From a virus: a stretch of 64,000 bases of DNA. Of the stretch, positions 1 through 9,828 are shown piece after piece (position 1 is the first letter of the stretch; each line of letters starts with the position of its first letter). The translations under genes and the position numbers were made by a program. The notes beneath the pieces are model-generated. The model saw only the letters and a list, made by a program, of their open reading frames with translations. It made no database searches and was not told the origin of the DNA. The stretch spans positions 26,352 to 90,351 of the IMG/VR virus record IMGVR_UViG_3300044986_000731; one strand, given 5' to 3'.

Positions 1-1
1 A

Positions 2-241
2 AGGATCGTCGGCTGGGCAGCAAAGAACGGTGTCGAGGTCATCGACCCGGCCATCGACATCAGGTCTCGCCATCATCATTGGGAGCGGTCGCGACCGCAT
101 CGAGAGGCGTGCTTCGGCACGTACGGATACCCGCACCTGACGGGGCTGTCCTACACAGGACTAGTGCTGCTGCATGAGTGGATGTCCGACGTGCCGACGT
201 ACATCGGCGAAATCAAGGACACGAAGAAATGCCCACGGTGA
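2..241 (+). CDS. partial CDS (3' end), possibly glycosyltransferase-like
   Basis: Open frame from window edge to TGA 239-241 (RIVGWAAKNGVEVIDPAIDIRSRHHH...); its stop overlaps the ATG 229 gene. Confidence 0.45.
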   Translation, partial: RIVGWAAKNGVEVIDPAIDIRSRHHHWERSRPHREACFGTYGYPHLTGLSYTGLVLLHEWMSDVPTYIGEIKDTKKCPR

Positions 242-1116
242 CATTCGACGACGTCGTGTCGCACGACCCGGACACGCTCCTGCCGCCCGACGAGGAGTTC
301 GCGGCCGAGTACGACTCACGAGTGGCAGCCGGCGAGGAGGCCGCGTCGAAACTCGATGTGTGCTTCACAGCGATCTGCCGCAACGCGATGCCGTGGTTGC
401 CGTTGACGCTCGACCGCGTGGCGAAGACCGCGAGCAAGTTTCGCTCGGCCAAGGTCTTCGTGTTCGAGAACGACTCGCAAGATGGCACAGACGAGTTCCT
501 GCGGCAGGCCGCAGCGGAGAACGACTGGCTCGAAGTCAAGTCGACGAAGAACGGGCGACCGCATCTGAACTACACCAAGTCATCCGAGCGGACAGTCGCG
601 CTTGCTGAGTATCGCAATGCGTGCCGCGAGTGGGTCGCCGAGCACTGCGGCAGCACGGACATCACCGTGGTCTTCGACACGGACCCGTGGGGCGGGTGGT
701 CGATCAGCGGCGTGATGAACACGATCGGCCATCTCGTCGACCCCGCGTACGAGTCCGCAGCCGGCATGGCGGCGTACTCGTGGTGTGAATGGGAGAGGCC
801 GCACTGGTACCGGCGAGATGCTTGCCACTACGACGCCTTCGCCTGTCGGTGGACGTGGTGGCGAGAGCATCTCGACATGCGGTGGTTCCACATGTGGCAC
901 CCTCCAGTGGGGTCGCCGCCGGTGCGGGTGAATTCTGCTTTCGGACAACTGGGGGTGTATCGCACGAGGAACTACGTCCTCGGGCGGTACGAGGGCGGTG
1001 ACTGCGAGCACGTCTCGCATTGGAAAACATGCGGCGGGGGCTGCTTCCTGAATCCATCCCAGAGGGTGGTTTCGTTCTGGGTGCCCCGGTCCGATGAAGA
1101 AAAACAACCAGCCTGA
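229..1116 (+). CDS. GT-A fold glycosyltransferase (CAP59/GT2-like)
   Basis: FTAICRN, FVFENDSQDGT, LAEYRN, VVFDTD (DxD), VNSAFGQLGVY, DCEHV motifs; likely start ATG 229. Confidence 0.75.
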   Translation: MPTVTFDDVVSHDPDTLLPPDEEFAAEYDSRVAAGEEAASKLDVCFTAICRNAMPWLPLTLDRVAKTASKFRSAKVFVFENDSQDGTDEFLRQAAAENDWLEVKSTKNGRPHLNYTKSSERTVALAEYRNACREWVAEHCGSTDITVVFDTDPWGGWSISGVMNTIGHLVDPAYESAAGMAAYSWCEWERPHWYRRDACHYDAFACRWTWWREHLDMRWFHMWHPPVGSPPVRVNSAFGQLGVYRTRNYVLGRYEGGDCEHVSHWKTCGGGCFLNPSQRVVSFWVPRSDEEKQPA

Positions 1117-1486
1117 CGTCTGCACGGCCACATTTTCTCAGATGTGGCTCGCCGGGACTCCGACCCGGATCATCGCCGAGACGCTGAAGATCAGCGCAGA
1201 TCGCTGCGATGTCACAAGGAAAACCCTCGGGCTTCCTCCGCGTGAGTCTTGGCACGGCTCGAAAACAGGCCACCGCAAGGCCTACCTGCCGACGCCGGAG
1301 GAAATACGGGAAAAGTGCCTTGAGTTTCAGCGGGGCTGGAGCGACGAAGAACGGGAGAAGCGTCGGGTCGGCGCGAAGGTGCAGGAATACGAGATGCCGA
1401 TCATCTCGGAATCCTCGTTTCGAGTGTCGTCATTTTCTGACGACGCCCCCTCGATCGAAGACCTCGCCGACACTTCGGGTGGATAA
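1094..1486 (+). CDS. putative HTH DNA-binding protein (GcrA-like N-terminus)
   Basis: FSQMWLAGTPTRIIAETLKISADRC...RKTLGLPPR helix-turn-helix-like segment. Confidence 0.45.
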   Translation: MKKNNQPDVCTATFSQMWLAGTPTRIIAETLKISADRCDVTRKTLGLPPRESWHGSKTGHRKAYLPTPEEIREKCLEFQRGWSDEEREKRRVGAKVQEYEMPIISESSFRVSSFSDDAPSIEDLADTSGG

Positions 1487-1503
1487 GTCGCGGTCTTTAC
1501 TAT

Positions 1504-1532
1504 GGATGTAGCACTCAAGGAGGAGCGCATCC
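1504..1532 (+). promoter_or_regulatory. RBS hairpin presenting CAAGGAGG (CsrA/RsmA-type site)
   Basis: GGAT..GC.CTC[AAGGAG]GAG.GCATCC stem-loop immediately before GTG 1533. Confidence 0.4.
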
Positions 1533-1808
1533 GTGGACGACGACAAGACTTTCCTTCCCAAGGTCTCGATCTGGGAAAAAATCCGCCTGCTGCAAGAGTG
1601 GTCGCCTGCCGCGACCTACCTACAGGCGTTTCTGGCGACCGACGACCCACACCGACGCACGATCATCGTGTCGGATGCGTGCGAGTGGCTCGCCTCGAAG
1701 ACCGACACGACGCTCGACGACGAGTTCGTGCGGCATATCGCCGCCGTCCTCCGGTCGAACGAGGGCACGGCTCTCGTCAAGTGGCTCGCGGAGAGGGTGA
1801 ACGCATGA
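1533..1808 (+). CDS. hypothetical protein
   Basis: GTG after AAGGAGG; stop overlaps next ATG. Confidence 0.65.
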   Translation: MDDDKTFLPKVSIWEKIRLLQEWSPAATYLQAFLATDDPHRRTIIVSDACEWLASKTDTTLDDEFVRHIAAVLRSNEGTALVKWLAERVNA

Positions 1809-2038
1809 CCGAGCACGCACTGCGTCTCGTGGCCGGGACCGTCGGGGCCGTGATCGTGGCGTGGCCGAATGTCGCGTCGGCAGCGACGTGGCTCACGTCG
1901 AAGAAGACGGTCACGCCGCAGGACGACGCCGTGGCGGTCGTGGGAATCGCGAGGCGTTTGCAGGCAGCCGGCAACAAGAGCGGAGTCTCGCTGTGCCAGC
2001 AACTGCTCGCGGTCTTGCTGGAGGCCGACAAGCGATGA
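1805..2038 (+). CDS. hypothetical membrane protein
   Basis: ATGA overlaps at both ends; hydrophobic N-terminus LRLVAGTVGAVIVAWP. Confidence 0.6.
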   Translation: MTEHALRLVAGTVGAVIVAWPNVASAATWLTSKKTVTPQDDAVAVVGIARRLQAAGNKSGVSLCQQLLAVLLEADKR

Positions 2039-2499
2039 AGTGGGTGCGACTCGCCGTGGCCGGGCTTCTCATCGCGTACGCGAGCGGTGTGGTTCGCGTG
2101 CCGAAGCCGCAGGAGCCTGTTGTTCAGCCGCTGACGGAGATGCAGATGTCCGCGAAGACTCTCCGAGACATCATGTCCACGGTGCCCATGACCGACAGGC
2201 TCTGGGTGAAGACGATCTATACGAGCGCCGCGAAGGTCACCCGCGCTGACGGCGAGGAGGAGTCCCCGGAGATTCAGACGACTGAGTCTCTGCGAGACGT
2301 GCATATCGCGATCCTGAAGTTCGTGTGGAAGCACCTCGCCGGCAACGAGCCGGGCAAATACGCAGGGCTTGCCGACGCCGTGTCGACCGTGATCACGCAT
2401 GCCGTCGGCACGGACAACAGGCCTCTCACGCCAGAACTGCGAGAGAAGGCTGCTGAGGCGTTTGACGCGATCGCATGGGCAGGACTCGGGGAGGGCTGA
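2035..2499 (+). CDS. hypothetical exported or membrane-anchored protein
   Basis: MKWVRLAVAGLLIAYASG signal-like N-terminus. Confidence 0.65.
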   Translation: MKWVRLAVAGLLIAYASGVVRVPKPQEPVVQPLTEMQMSAKTLRDIMSTVPMTDRLWVKTIYTSAAKVTRADGEEESPEIQTTESLRDVHIAILKFVWKHLAGNEPGKYAGLADAVSTVITHAVGTDNRPLTPELREKAAEAFDAIAWAGLGEG

Positions 2500-2504
2500 C
2501 CCCG

Positions 2505-3419
2505 ATGACTAAAAGACCCCAAGGCTGGGTGCCGAACCCTGCCGAGACGGAGCGGTTCGTCTCGCGGCTGCGATATCCGACGATGTCCGACGCGATGCCT
2601 GTCGGCAACACAGGGCAGGACGTGCTGCTCTATGTTCCCCTGCTCAAGGTCTGTCCGACGTACAGCCGCGTTGCTCAGGGTATTGGGTCGTGTGTCGGGC
2701 ATGGTTACGCCGGATGCGGGGACGCCTTAGCCTCGACGGAAATTGTCATCCACGGAGACCCGGAGGACTGGCGAGGTCGCATCCTCGAAGCGTCGATCTA
2801 CGCATTCTCCCGCGTGGAGGCGAGAGGGCGGACACGCGCGGGTTTGTCCGACGGCTCTTTCGGCGCCGCTGCATGCAAGGCCGTGATGCACTGGGGACTG
2901 CTCCATTACGACGTTGACTACGACGGCAATAAGTTCACCGCGTACTCGGCCGAACGAGAGAAGTCGTGGGGTGACACGGGAGTTCCAGACGAGTACGAGA
3001 AGTACTCGAAGCACCGTCTCATTCGCGAGACCACACTTGTACGAAATTTCAGCGAATATGCGCGGGCGTTAGGGTCGGGCTATCCGGTGTCAATTTGCAG
3101 CAACGTGGGCTTCACGTTTACCCGAGACTCAGAGGGCTTCTGTCGTCCTCGCGGGAACTGGAGTCATTGCATGGCCGGGATCGGCGTGAGGCATGGCAAT
3201 AGGCCCGGCGGATTGATCTGGAATTCATGGGGTCCATCGTCGAACTCGGGGCCTCACTATCCAGAGAACATGCCGTCGCCCTTTCGCGGATCGACCTTCT
3301 GGGTCGACGCTTCCGTTCTGGATCGCATGCTCGGGCAGGGCGATAGTTTCTCCCTGTCGAGTTACGACGGATTCCCGGCGCGAAAACTTCCTTCCGACTG
3401 GACAGGGGGCGTGCTGTGA
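2505..3419 (+). CDS. papain-like (clan CA, C1-type) cysteine peptidase
   Basis: QGIGSCVG (Gln/Cys), WSHCM (His), IWNSWG (Asn), G.FWV motifs. Confidence 0.8.
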   Translation: MTKRPQGWVPNPAETERFVSRLRYPTMSDAMPVGNTGQDVLLYVPLLKVCPTYSRVAQGIGSCVGHGYAGCGDALASTEIVIHGDPEDWRGRILEASIYAFSRVEARGRTRAGLSDGSFGAAACKAVMHWGLLHYDVDYDGNKFTAYSAEREKSWGDTGVPDEYEKYSKHRLIRETTLVRNFSEYARALGSGYPVSICSNVGFTFTRDSEGFCRPRGNWSHCMAGIGVRHGNRPGGLIWNSWGPSSNSGPHYPENMPSPFRGSTFWVDASVLDRMLGQGDSFSLSSYDGFPARKLPSDWTGGVL

Positions 3420-3709
3420 GGCTGATCGCCATCGCTCTGATCGTGTTGTGCTGCGGATGCCAGACACGCGAGGCCGTGACGCAGGCGGAACTCGCGGAGT
3501 GCTTCGCCGAGGCAGCCTACGCAGCCGTGTGTGCGAGGAAGACTCCGCCGGCTCCGCCGTCGCCAGATCAGTGCTGCTCGAAGTGCGGCAAAGATGGTCT
3601 GCCGCCCGGCAAAGTTCGCTCTGGAGATGGTCTGGCGATCGTTTCGTGCCCGTGCCCGGACACATGCAAATGCAAGGTGCCGCGTGAGCAGCCTCGACGA
3701 ACTCGCTGA
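3416..3709 (+). CDS. Cys-rich putative lipoprotein
   Basis: MRLIAIALIVLCCGC lipobox-like; CCSKC...CPCPDTCKC. Confidence 0.55.
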   Translation: MRLIAIALIVLCCGCQTREAVTQAELAECFAEAAYAAVCARKTPPAPPSPDQCCSKCGKDGLPPGKVRSGDGLAIVSCPCPDTCKCKVPREQPRRTR

Positions 3710-4052
3710 TGACATCTGGCGAGACCTGCCGTTCTTCCGCCGGCAGTTGCTCGGCCGGGAGCGCGTCAAAGACATGGTGCTGATCGCCGTCGAGCAGTGT
3801 CCGCTCGACCTGTGCGGGCACGTCCAGCCCGGCTCCACCGAGAGCGAGGTACTGGTCGCAGCGTGGTCGCAGGACGTGAAGCGATCGTATTGCCTTCTCT
3901 ACACCGGAGACGAGGCGAAGTTCGGGCCTCTGTTCTGGATTCTTCTGTCTCCAGTCCTGCACTACGTGATCCAAAAGATTCTCGACTGGTACTTCGAGTC
4001 GCGGTCGAACCGTGCCCTGCTCCGACGTTGGCGAAAGGAACTAACCCAGTGA
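3684..4052 (+). CDS. hypothetical protein with C-terminal hydrophobic helix
   Basis: GTG 3684; FGPLFWILLSPVLHYVI. Confidence 0.6.
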   Translation: MSSLDELADDIWRDLPFFRRQLLGRERVKDMVLIAVEQCPLDLCGHVQPGSTESEVLVAAWSQDVKRSYCLLYTGDEAKFGPLFWILLSPVLHYVIQKILDWYFESRSNRALLRRWRKELTQ

Positions 4053-4297
4053 GCGCATCGGACGTGTCAGAGGCAGTCAAGACGATCCTCGAACGGTGGG
4101 GACTGCCCACGCTGTTCTGCCTAGTCCTCATGTTCGTGATCAGGAACGACCTGATCATTCCGCTCGTCGAGCAGCATGGAGCGTTTCTCCGTGCCATCTC
4201 CGACTCGCAGAAGGAGATCGCCGAAGCCGTGAAGGATCAGACAAGACTCCTCTACGCGCTTCAGCCGCAACTCGCGAAGGAAGGAGCGAAAGAGTAG
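4049..4297 (+). CDS. single-TM holin-like protein
   Basis: AAGGA RBS, GTG; WGLPTLFCLVLMFVI followed by coiled coil. Confidence 0.5.
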   Translation: MSASDVSEAVKTILERWGLPTLFCLVLMFVIRNDLIIPLVEQHGAFLRAISDSQKEIAEAVKDQTRLLYALQPQLAKEGAKE

Positions 4298-4618
4298 GTG
4301 GGCACTTACAACCAACTGCCGGGGCTTCTGAATCTCTCGCTGCGTCGCGGGGACTCGTTCGGCACCACAGTCGACTTCGACGTGAGTCTCGCGAGTCACA
4401 CCGTGGCTTCGTACCTGTCGTCGCCGATCACCGGCCAGACGACCGGGACCATGACGGCGTCGATCACGAATGCAACTGCGGGCGTCGTCGCGATCTCGAT
4501 GACAGACCTTCAGACGTCTTCGCTGCGAGTCGGTACGCATGGGTGGCGTCTGGAGTGGACAGCCCCCGGCGGCGTGAAGCGGACAGTCCTGTCGGGTCAT
4601 ATGGAGGTGACCAGATGA
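4298..4618 (+). CDS. virion structural/adaptor protein (BppU-N-like beta-sandwich)
   Basis: LSLRRGDSF...GVVAISMT...RTVLSG; paralog of 9829..10179. Confidence 0.55.
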   Translation: MGTYNQLPGLLNLSLRRGDSFGTTVDFDVSLASHTVASYLSSPITGQTTGTMTASITNATAGVVAISMTDLQTSSLRVGTHGWRLEWTAPGGVKRTVLSGHMEVTR

Positions 4619-4986
4619 GCGGCGTAAGCGCGACCGTTACGGGAGGCTCTGTCTCGGCTTCTGTCTCTGGAGGAAGAGTCGTCGCGAGCGTAGCCCTTCC
4701 TCCTGCGAGTGGGCACTCCGTGAGTGGAGGTACCGTCTCAGTTGGCGTGCCGAACTCGTTGGCAAACGTCTCGGTGTCGGGAGGGAGCATTGCGGCTGAA
4801 ATCTTCGCCGGAACCGGGCCGCAGGGACCGGCCGGGCCTGTGGGGCCTGCTGGAGGAGTGTCGTACCTCGCGGAACTACTCGACGTGCAGATCACGTCAG
4901 CGTCAAACGGCGACGTTCTTCGTTGGAACGGCATTGCGTGGACGGACTATGCAGAATCAGGACTCACAGACGGCGGCGCATTCTAA
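4615..4986 (+). CDS. tail-fibre-associated protein with short collagen-like stretch
   Basis: GPQGPAGPVGPAG; C-terminal DGGAF shared with the next gene (DGGVF). Confidence 0.55.
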   Translation: MSGVSATVTGGSVSASVSGGRVVASVALPPASGHSVSGGTVSVGVPNSLANVSVSGGSIAAEIFAGTGPQGPAGPVGPAGGVSYLAELLDVQITSASNGDVLRWNGIAWTDYAESGLTDGGAF

Positions 4987-5004
4987 AAGCAAGAGAGGTG
5001 TAAC

Positions 5005-6438
5005 TTGGCGAATGTAATCAGGATAAAGAGGCGATCGGCGTCCGGCGGTGCAGGGTCGCCCGCGAGTCTTGCCAATGGAGAGTTGGCTTACAACGAATCT
5101 TCAGATATTTGCTACTACGGCTCAGGCACGGGAGGACAGAACGGATCGGCGACTACGATCGTCGCGATCGCAGGGCCGGGTGCGTATCTGGGGCTTTCGA
5201 GCGGCCTGACTCAGACTGCGGCCGGCACGTACACGTACACGGGAAGCGTGACGTTCTCCAGCACGGTTGCGTTGGGTGCATCGGCGACAGCCACGACCCC
5301 GGCGACGAGCGACAACTCGACCTCGGTCGCGACGACCGCCTTCGTCAAGGCTCAGAACTACATCACCGGCAACCAGTCGATCACGATCTCCGGAGACGTG
5401 ACAGGCACGGGCGCCACGTCGATCACGGCCACGATCTCGAACGACGCCGTGACGAACGCGAAACTCGCCAACATGGCGACCGGGACGATCAAGGGCCGAG
5501 TATCGTCTGGGACCGGAGACCCCGAGGACTTGTCGGCCTCGTCGGTCAAGAGCATTCTCGCCATCGTCAAGGCCGACATCTCGGACTTCGACACCGGAGT
5601 GCAGGCGAATCGGCTCGACCAGTTGTCGTCGCCGACTGCGTCCGTGTCGATGAACTCGCAGCGGGTCACGAACGTCGCTGCGCCGGTCGACGCAGGCGAC
5701 GCGGCGAATAAGGGATACGTCGATGCAGCGAGGAGCGGACTCGACGTCAAGCAGTCGGTGCGTGTCGCCACCACGGCGAACGTCGACCTGTCGAGCGAAC
5801 TGGAGAATGGAGACGTCGTCGACGGCGTCACGCTCGCGACGGGAGACCGGGTGCTCGTCCGAAGCCAGACGACCGGCTCGCAAAACGGCATCTACGTTGT
5901 GCAGGCCACGGGCGCTGCGGTCCGGGCGGCAGACTTCGACTCTGCGGACGAAGTCACGCCGGGTGCGTTCGTGTTCGTCGAGGAGGGATCGCTCGCCGAC
6001 TCGGGGTGGGTGCTGACGAACGACGGAACGATCACGCTCGGCTCCACGGCACTGACGTTCGCCCAGTTCTCAGGGGCCGGGCAGGTTGTGGCCGGGGACG
6101 GCCTGACGAAGACAGCGAACACCCTGAATGTCGTCGGGACGGCCGACAGGATCACGGCGAACGCGGACTCGATCGATATCGCGTCGACATACGCCGGGCA
6201 GTCGTCGATTACGACGCTGGGTACTGTCACCACGGGCGTCTGGTCAGCGACGACGATCGGTGTCGGAAAGGGTGGGACCGGGATTACCTCCACGCCGAAG
6301 GGAAGCGTGCTTGTAGCCAATACTTTGGATACACTCACTGCCCTCGACGGCGGAGGATCGTCCGACGGGATTCTCGCCTACACGGCGTCGAGTGACACGA
6401 TTGCGTGGGCAACGTCTATCGACGGCGGAGTCTTCTAA
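5005..6438 (+). CDS. tail fibre protein
   Basis: IRIKR...LANGELAYN N-terminus; DAANKGYVD, KQSVRVATT, DGVTLATGDRVLV, QNGIY fibre motifs. Confidence 0.75.
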   Translation: MANVIRIKRRSASGGAGSPASLANGELAYNESSDICYYGSGTGGQNGSATTIVAIAGPGAYLGLSSGLTQTAAGTYTYTGSVTFSSTVALGASATATTPATSDNSTSVATTAFVKAQNYITGNQSITISGDVTGTGATSITATISNDAVTNAKLANMATGTIKGRVSSGTGDPEDLSASSVKSILAIVKADISDFDTGVQANRLDQLSSPTASVSMNSQRVTNVAAPVDAGDAANKGYVDAARSGLDVKQSVRVATTANVDLSSELENGDVVDGVTLATGDRVLVRSQTTGSQNGIYVVQATGAAVRAADFDSADEVTPGAFVFVEEGSLADSGWVLTNDGTITLGSTALTFAQFSGAGQVVAGDGLTKTANTLNVVGTADRITANADSIDIASTYAGQSSITTLGTVTTGVWSATTIGVGKGGTGITSTPKGSVLVANTLDTLTALDGGGSSDGILAYTASSDTIAWATSIDGGVF

Positions 6439-6441
6439 GAC

Positions 6442-8937
6442 ATGCCGCAATTCCCGGTGCAGATCAAGCGGAGCGGAACGGCGTCCTCTGCGCCGACCTC
6501 GCTCTTACATGGCGAGTTGGCGATCAACTACAACGTCGCCGACGGCAAACTGTTCTGGAAGGACTCGTCGGACGTCATCCAGTCGTTCACCTTCCAGAGT
6601 TACGCGCTCGCGTCGCACTCTCACGATTCGTCCGGCATCACATCGACTGGCGTGACGAACGGCCACGTCCTGACGGCCAATGGAAGCGGAGGCGCGTCGT
6701 GGCAGGCACCGGCTGGCGGGGCGCCGTCAGGCGCTGCCGGCGGAGACCTGACGGGCACCTACCCTAACCCGCAGATCGCTGCGGGGGCGATTGTCACTGC
6801 GGACCTAGCCAATTCTGCGGTCACATACGCCAAAATCCAGAATGTCTCAGCGACAGACAGGCTGCTCGGGCGATCGTCAGCGGGGGCTGGCGTAATCGAA
6901 GAGGTGACCTGCACGAGTTTCGCGAGAAGTATTTTGGATGACGCTTCGGCGGCTGATGTCAGAACCACCATCTCGGTGCTTGCGACAAGCGGCGGCACGT
7001 TCACAGGGCCAGTAGAAATATCTACGGGCGCCACGAACAACAACTACAACGAAGGGCTGAGACTGACTGCCGCCAACAACGGATGGACCGGAATTACCTT
7101 TGCCGGCACAGGACTTAGCGGCGCGCCTACCAATGGATGGTTTGCGGCGAGAAACCCGTCCAATCAATTTATTATCTCACCAGCAGACAGTAACTCCACA
7201 ACCGGACTGACGCTCAACTCTGGTGGAAATGCGGCATGGCGAAACAACATCATGCTGCACGCAGGCAACTACAACTCCTACTCGCCGACGCTGACGGGAG
7301 GCGGGGCGAGTGGTACGTGGGCCATCTCCATCAGCGGCAGCGCCGCTCAACTCGGTGGCGTGACGGCTGCGAACTACTTCCGCGTGGACGGAAGTTACCC
7401 TAACGCCGACATGAACGTGCCGGTCGAGGGTTACTGGCACGTCGCGTCTAATGCGGCCAATCTTCCTGACGGGGCGCAGTACGGACATCGCTGGGACTAC
7501 GACCACGCTGGTGACGGCGTGTGGGTCGCGCAGTTCTACACGCCCACGTCAGGCGACGCCGGGATGTGGTTCCGCCAGCGTCGCGGCGGGACGTGGCAGA
7601 CGTGGCGGAAGTTTCTCGATTCGACCACCTACAACTCGTACTCGCCGACGTTGACGGGCGGCGGTGCCAGTGGTACGTGGACTATCAACGTGACGGGAAC
7701 CGCCGCCACAGCGACTCGCTCGACAATCCAAGACACGCGAGCGGCGCAGAGGACGCCCAACGACTACGACGATTTTCAAGCCAGTTACGAGTTCACGAAT
7801 CAGTTCACCGGCCTGCCCGATTGGCACACTGCATTCACGATGCAAGGCTGGCACAACGGATACGCCTCATGGCAAATCATTGGCCCCGCGTCCACGACGG
7901 CGCACGAGAACTTTTACCTGCGCAGCGGGATCAACACCACATGGAACTCCGTTCGCGCGATCCTTCATAGCGGGAACTACAACTCCTACTCGCCGACCCT
8001 CACGGGCGGCGGCGCGAGTGGTACGTGGGGGGTCAACGTCACCGGGACCGCAGCGAGCGAGACGCTGGCTACAGTGACTGGGCGAGGGGCGAGCACCTCG
8101 ACGAACATCACGACGACGGGCGCGATGTTCGCGAGCAACTGGTACCGCTCGTATGGAGCGACCGGGTGGTACAACGAGTCGTATGGCGGCGGCATCTGGA
8201 TGAGTGATTCCACGTATGTCCGCGTCTACAACAACAAGGTTTTCTACGCAGACAATTTTATTTGGTCTGGAACTGACGTTCGCGCCCCGATCTTCTACGA
8301 CTCGCAAAACACCGCATTCTATTGCGATCCCAACGGCACGAGCCGTATGTCGGGGATGAACATCGATAGTGTAGTAGTTCTCGGAGCGGACCTGTACGTA
8401 GGTGGGATAGGCATTGGGGGGACCACGTACAGTACTATCTCCATGAATGACGCGGATGAGGGCGCGCGGCAAATCCACTGCAACTCAAATCGAATTGGAT
8501 TCCTCACGCAAGCAGGCGGGTGGGGAGCGTGGTGCAACGACGACGGCAGTTGGGAGAGCGTGGGCCGTGTCACCGCAACGGAATTCTATGAGTCAGGCTT
8601 TGCGGGGAGGATTTTTGGCGCTAAGGCGTGGTGCATTCATTTTGGGAATACTAGTCCGACCTTGTTGGCGAACAGCAGCGGCAATGTCTCAAGCATTACA
8701 TACCGCAATACTGGCAGATATCGAGTCAACTTTTTGACGGGAATCCTTCCGACGGGTGCGGTTATGCTTGGAACAGCGTATGATGTTGTTAGTCCGGGCG
8801 ACAGTGCATCGGCAACAATGGTGAGAATAGGCCAGCGATACATCAGCAGCAGCCGATTGACCGGCATCGACTACGCGGTGTCAGTCGGCGGTGCGTATTC
8901 AGGCGCGCTAGATGTCGCTCTTATCGTTGTAGGGTAG
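6442..8937 (+). CDS. modular tail fibre / receptor-binding protein
   Basis: QIKRSG..P..L..GELAINY head; three YNSYSPTLTGGGASGTW repeats; shufflon-PilV-like WYRSYGATGWYNESYGGGIWMSDSTYVRVYN. Confidence 0.75.
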   Translation: MPQFPVQIKRSGTASSAPTSLLHGELAINYNVADGKLFWKDSSDVIQSFTFQSYALASHSHDSSGITSTGVTNGHVLTANGSGGASWQAPAGGAPSGAAGGDLTGTYPNPQIAAGAIVTADLANSAVTYAKIQNVSATDRLLGRSSAGAGVIEEVTCTSFARSILDDASAADVRTTISVLATSGGTFTGPVEISTGATNNNYNEGLRLTAANNGWTGITFAGTGLSGAPTNGWFAARNPSNQFIISPADSNSTTGLTLNSGGNAAWRNNIMLHAGNYNSYSPTLTGGGASGTWAISISGSAAQLGGVTAANYFRVDGSYPNADMNVPVEGYWHVASNAANLPDGAQYGHRWDYDHAGDGVWVAQFYTPTSGDAGMWFRQRRGGTWQTWRKFLDSTTYNSYSPTLTGGGASGTWTINVTGTAATATRSTIQDTRAAQRTPNDYDDFQASYEFTNQFTGLPDWHTAFTMQGWHNGYASWQIIGPASTTAHENFYLRSGINTTWNSVRAILHSGNYNSYSPTLTGGGASGTWGVNVTGTAASETLATVTGRGASTSTNITTTGAMFASNWYRSYGATGWYNESYGGGIWMSDSTYVRVYNNKVFYADNFIWSGTDVRAPIFYDSQNTAFYCDPNGTSRMSGMNIDSVVVLGADLYVGGIGIGGTTYSTISMNDADEGARQIHCNSNRIGFLTQAGGWGAWCNDDGSWESVGRVTATEFYESGFAGRIFGAKAWCIHFGNTSPTLLANSSGNVSSITYRNTGRYRVNFLTGILPTGAVMLGTAYDVVSPGDSASATMVRIGQRYISSSRLTGIDYAVSVGGAYSGALDVALIVVG
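7267..8028 (+). repeat. three ~51-bp direct repeats in the tail fibre gene (7270-7320, 7630-7680, 7978-8028)
   Basis: TACAACTCSTACTCGCCGAC...GGYGCSAGTGGTACGTGG-like unit, spaced 360 and 348 bp. Confidence 0.85.
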
Positions 8938-8942
8938 TTGCA

Positions 8943-9260
8943 ATGGCAGCAGTTATCGTCCACCCAGCGCCCGCTCCAGAACCCGGCGTGTGGGTCATTA
9001 TCCCGGCAACCGACTGCCCCCTCTCCATCGAGGAGATCGCAAGGAAAGACGTTCCCGCCGGGCTTCCGTACGTTTTCGTGGACACATCTGAACTGCCCGA
9101 CCCGGCGTATCGGGAGGCGTGGGATTGCGACTTCTCCGAGCCGGATGGATTCGGCATCGGCCACGAGGCGTGGTTTGCAGAGCAGGAGGCCAAGCGTGTC
9201 GAAAATGAGCATCAACCCGACGGTGGCGGCGGCGATAGACCAGCAGAACCACCGGCTTGA
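8943..9260 (+). CDS. tail fibre assembly/chaperone-like protein
   Basis: IARKDVPAGLPYVFVDTSELPD..YREAW motif; follows the fibre gene. Confidence 0.65.
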   Translation: MAAVIVHPAPAPEPGVWVIIPATDCPLSIEEIARKDVPAGLPYVFVDTSELPDPAYREAWDCDFSEPDGFGIGHEAWFAEQEAKRVENEHQPDGGGGDRPAEPPA

Positions 9261-9546
9261 AGTCGAGTCTTGGTTTGCGGACAGACTCGCGGAAGGCTAC
9301 GACGTTTCGGAACACGGGTTCCGTCTCGGCCTCAAGCAAGAGGACGTGACGCTGCTCACCGGCGCGTTCGTCCTTGCGAAAGAGGCGGCGGCGATTGGCA
9401 TGCCGGTGCCTCCGATCATCGACGCAGAAGGCAGGCCGCACACGCTCACGATCGAGCAACTTACTGCCGTCATGCTGGGATACGGGCATCATAGGGCGTC
9501 GCTGTCTGCCGAGTACGCATCGAGGCTCGACGAGGCGAGGCAGTGA
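9205..9546 (+). CDS. tail-associated hypothetical protein (DUF4376-like)
   Basis: ATG 9205 after GGAGG; IIDAEG..HTLT..QL. Confidence 0.5.
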   Translation: MSINPTVAAAIDQQNHRLEVESWFADRLAEGYDVSEHGFRLGLKQEDVTLLTGAFVLAKEAAAIGMPVPPIIDAEGRPHTLTIEQLTAVMLGYGHHRASLSAEYASRLDEARQ

Positions 9547-9776
9547 TGGAGTCGCTCGCTCTGCTCGCCGCTGCGATCACAGCCACTGTGCTGCTTCTAG
9601 GCGCGATCGCATCCCTCCTGTCTGCCATCGGATGGAGGACTGCCGGCGCGATCGTCGGTGTGCTCGCGATGGTCGCAGCCGGCTCGCTCGGGTGGCGAGT
9701 TCCGCAGGCGTGGGCGATCTGGCTGCCGCCCCTGATTGCCGGTGCGTGGTCTTTCTGGCGGGGCCGCGACACTTAG
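9543..9776 (+). CDS. small multi-TM membrane protein
   Basis: About three hydrophobic segments. Confidence 0.55.
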   Translation: MMESLALLAAAITATVLLLGAIASLLSAIGWRTAGAIVGVLAMVAAGSLGWRVPQAWAIWLPPLIAGAWSFWRGRDT

Positions 9777-9828
9777 GGTCGATGTTTCACGTCCGGTAAC
9801 CTGATGGTGGTTCCCCGGAGGTGAGACA

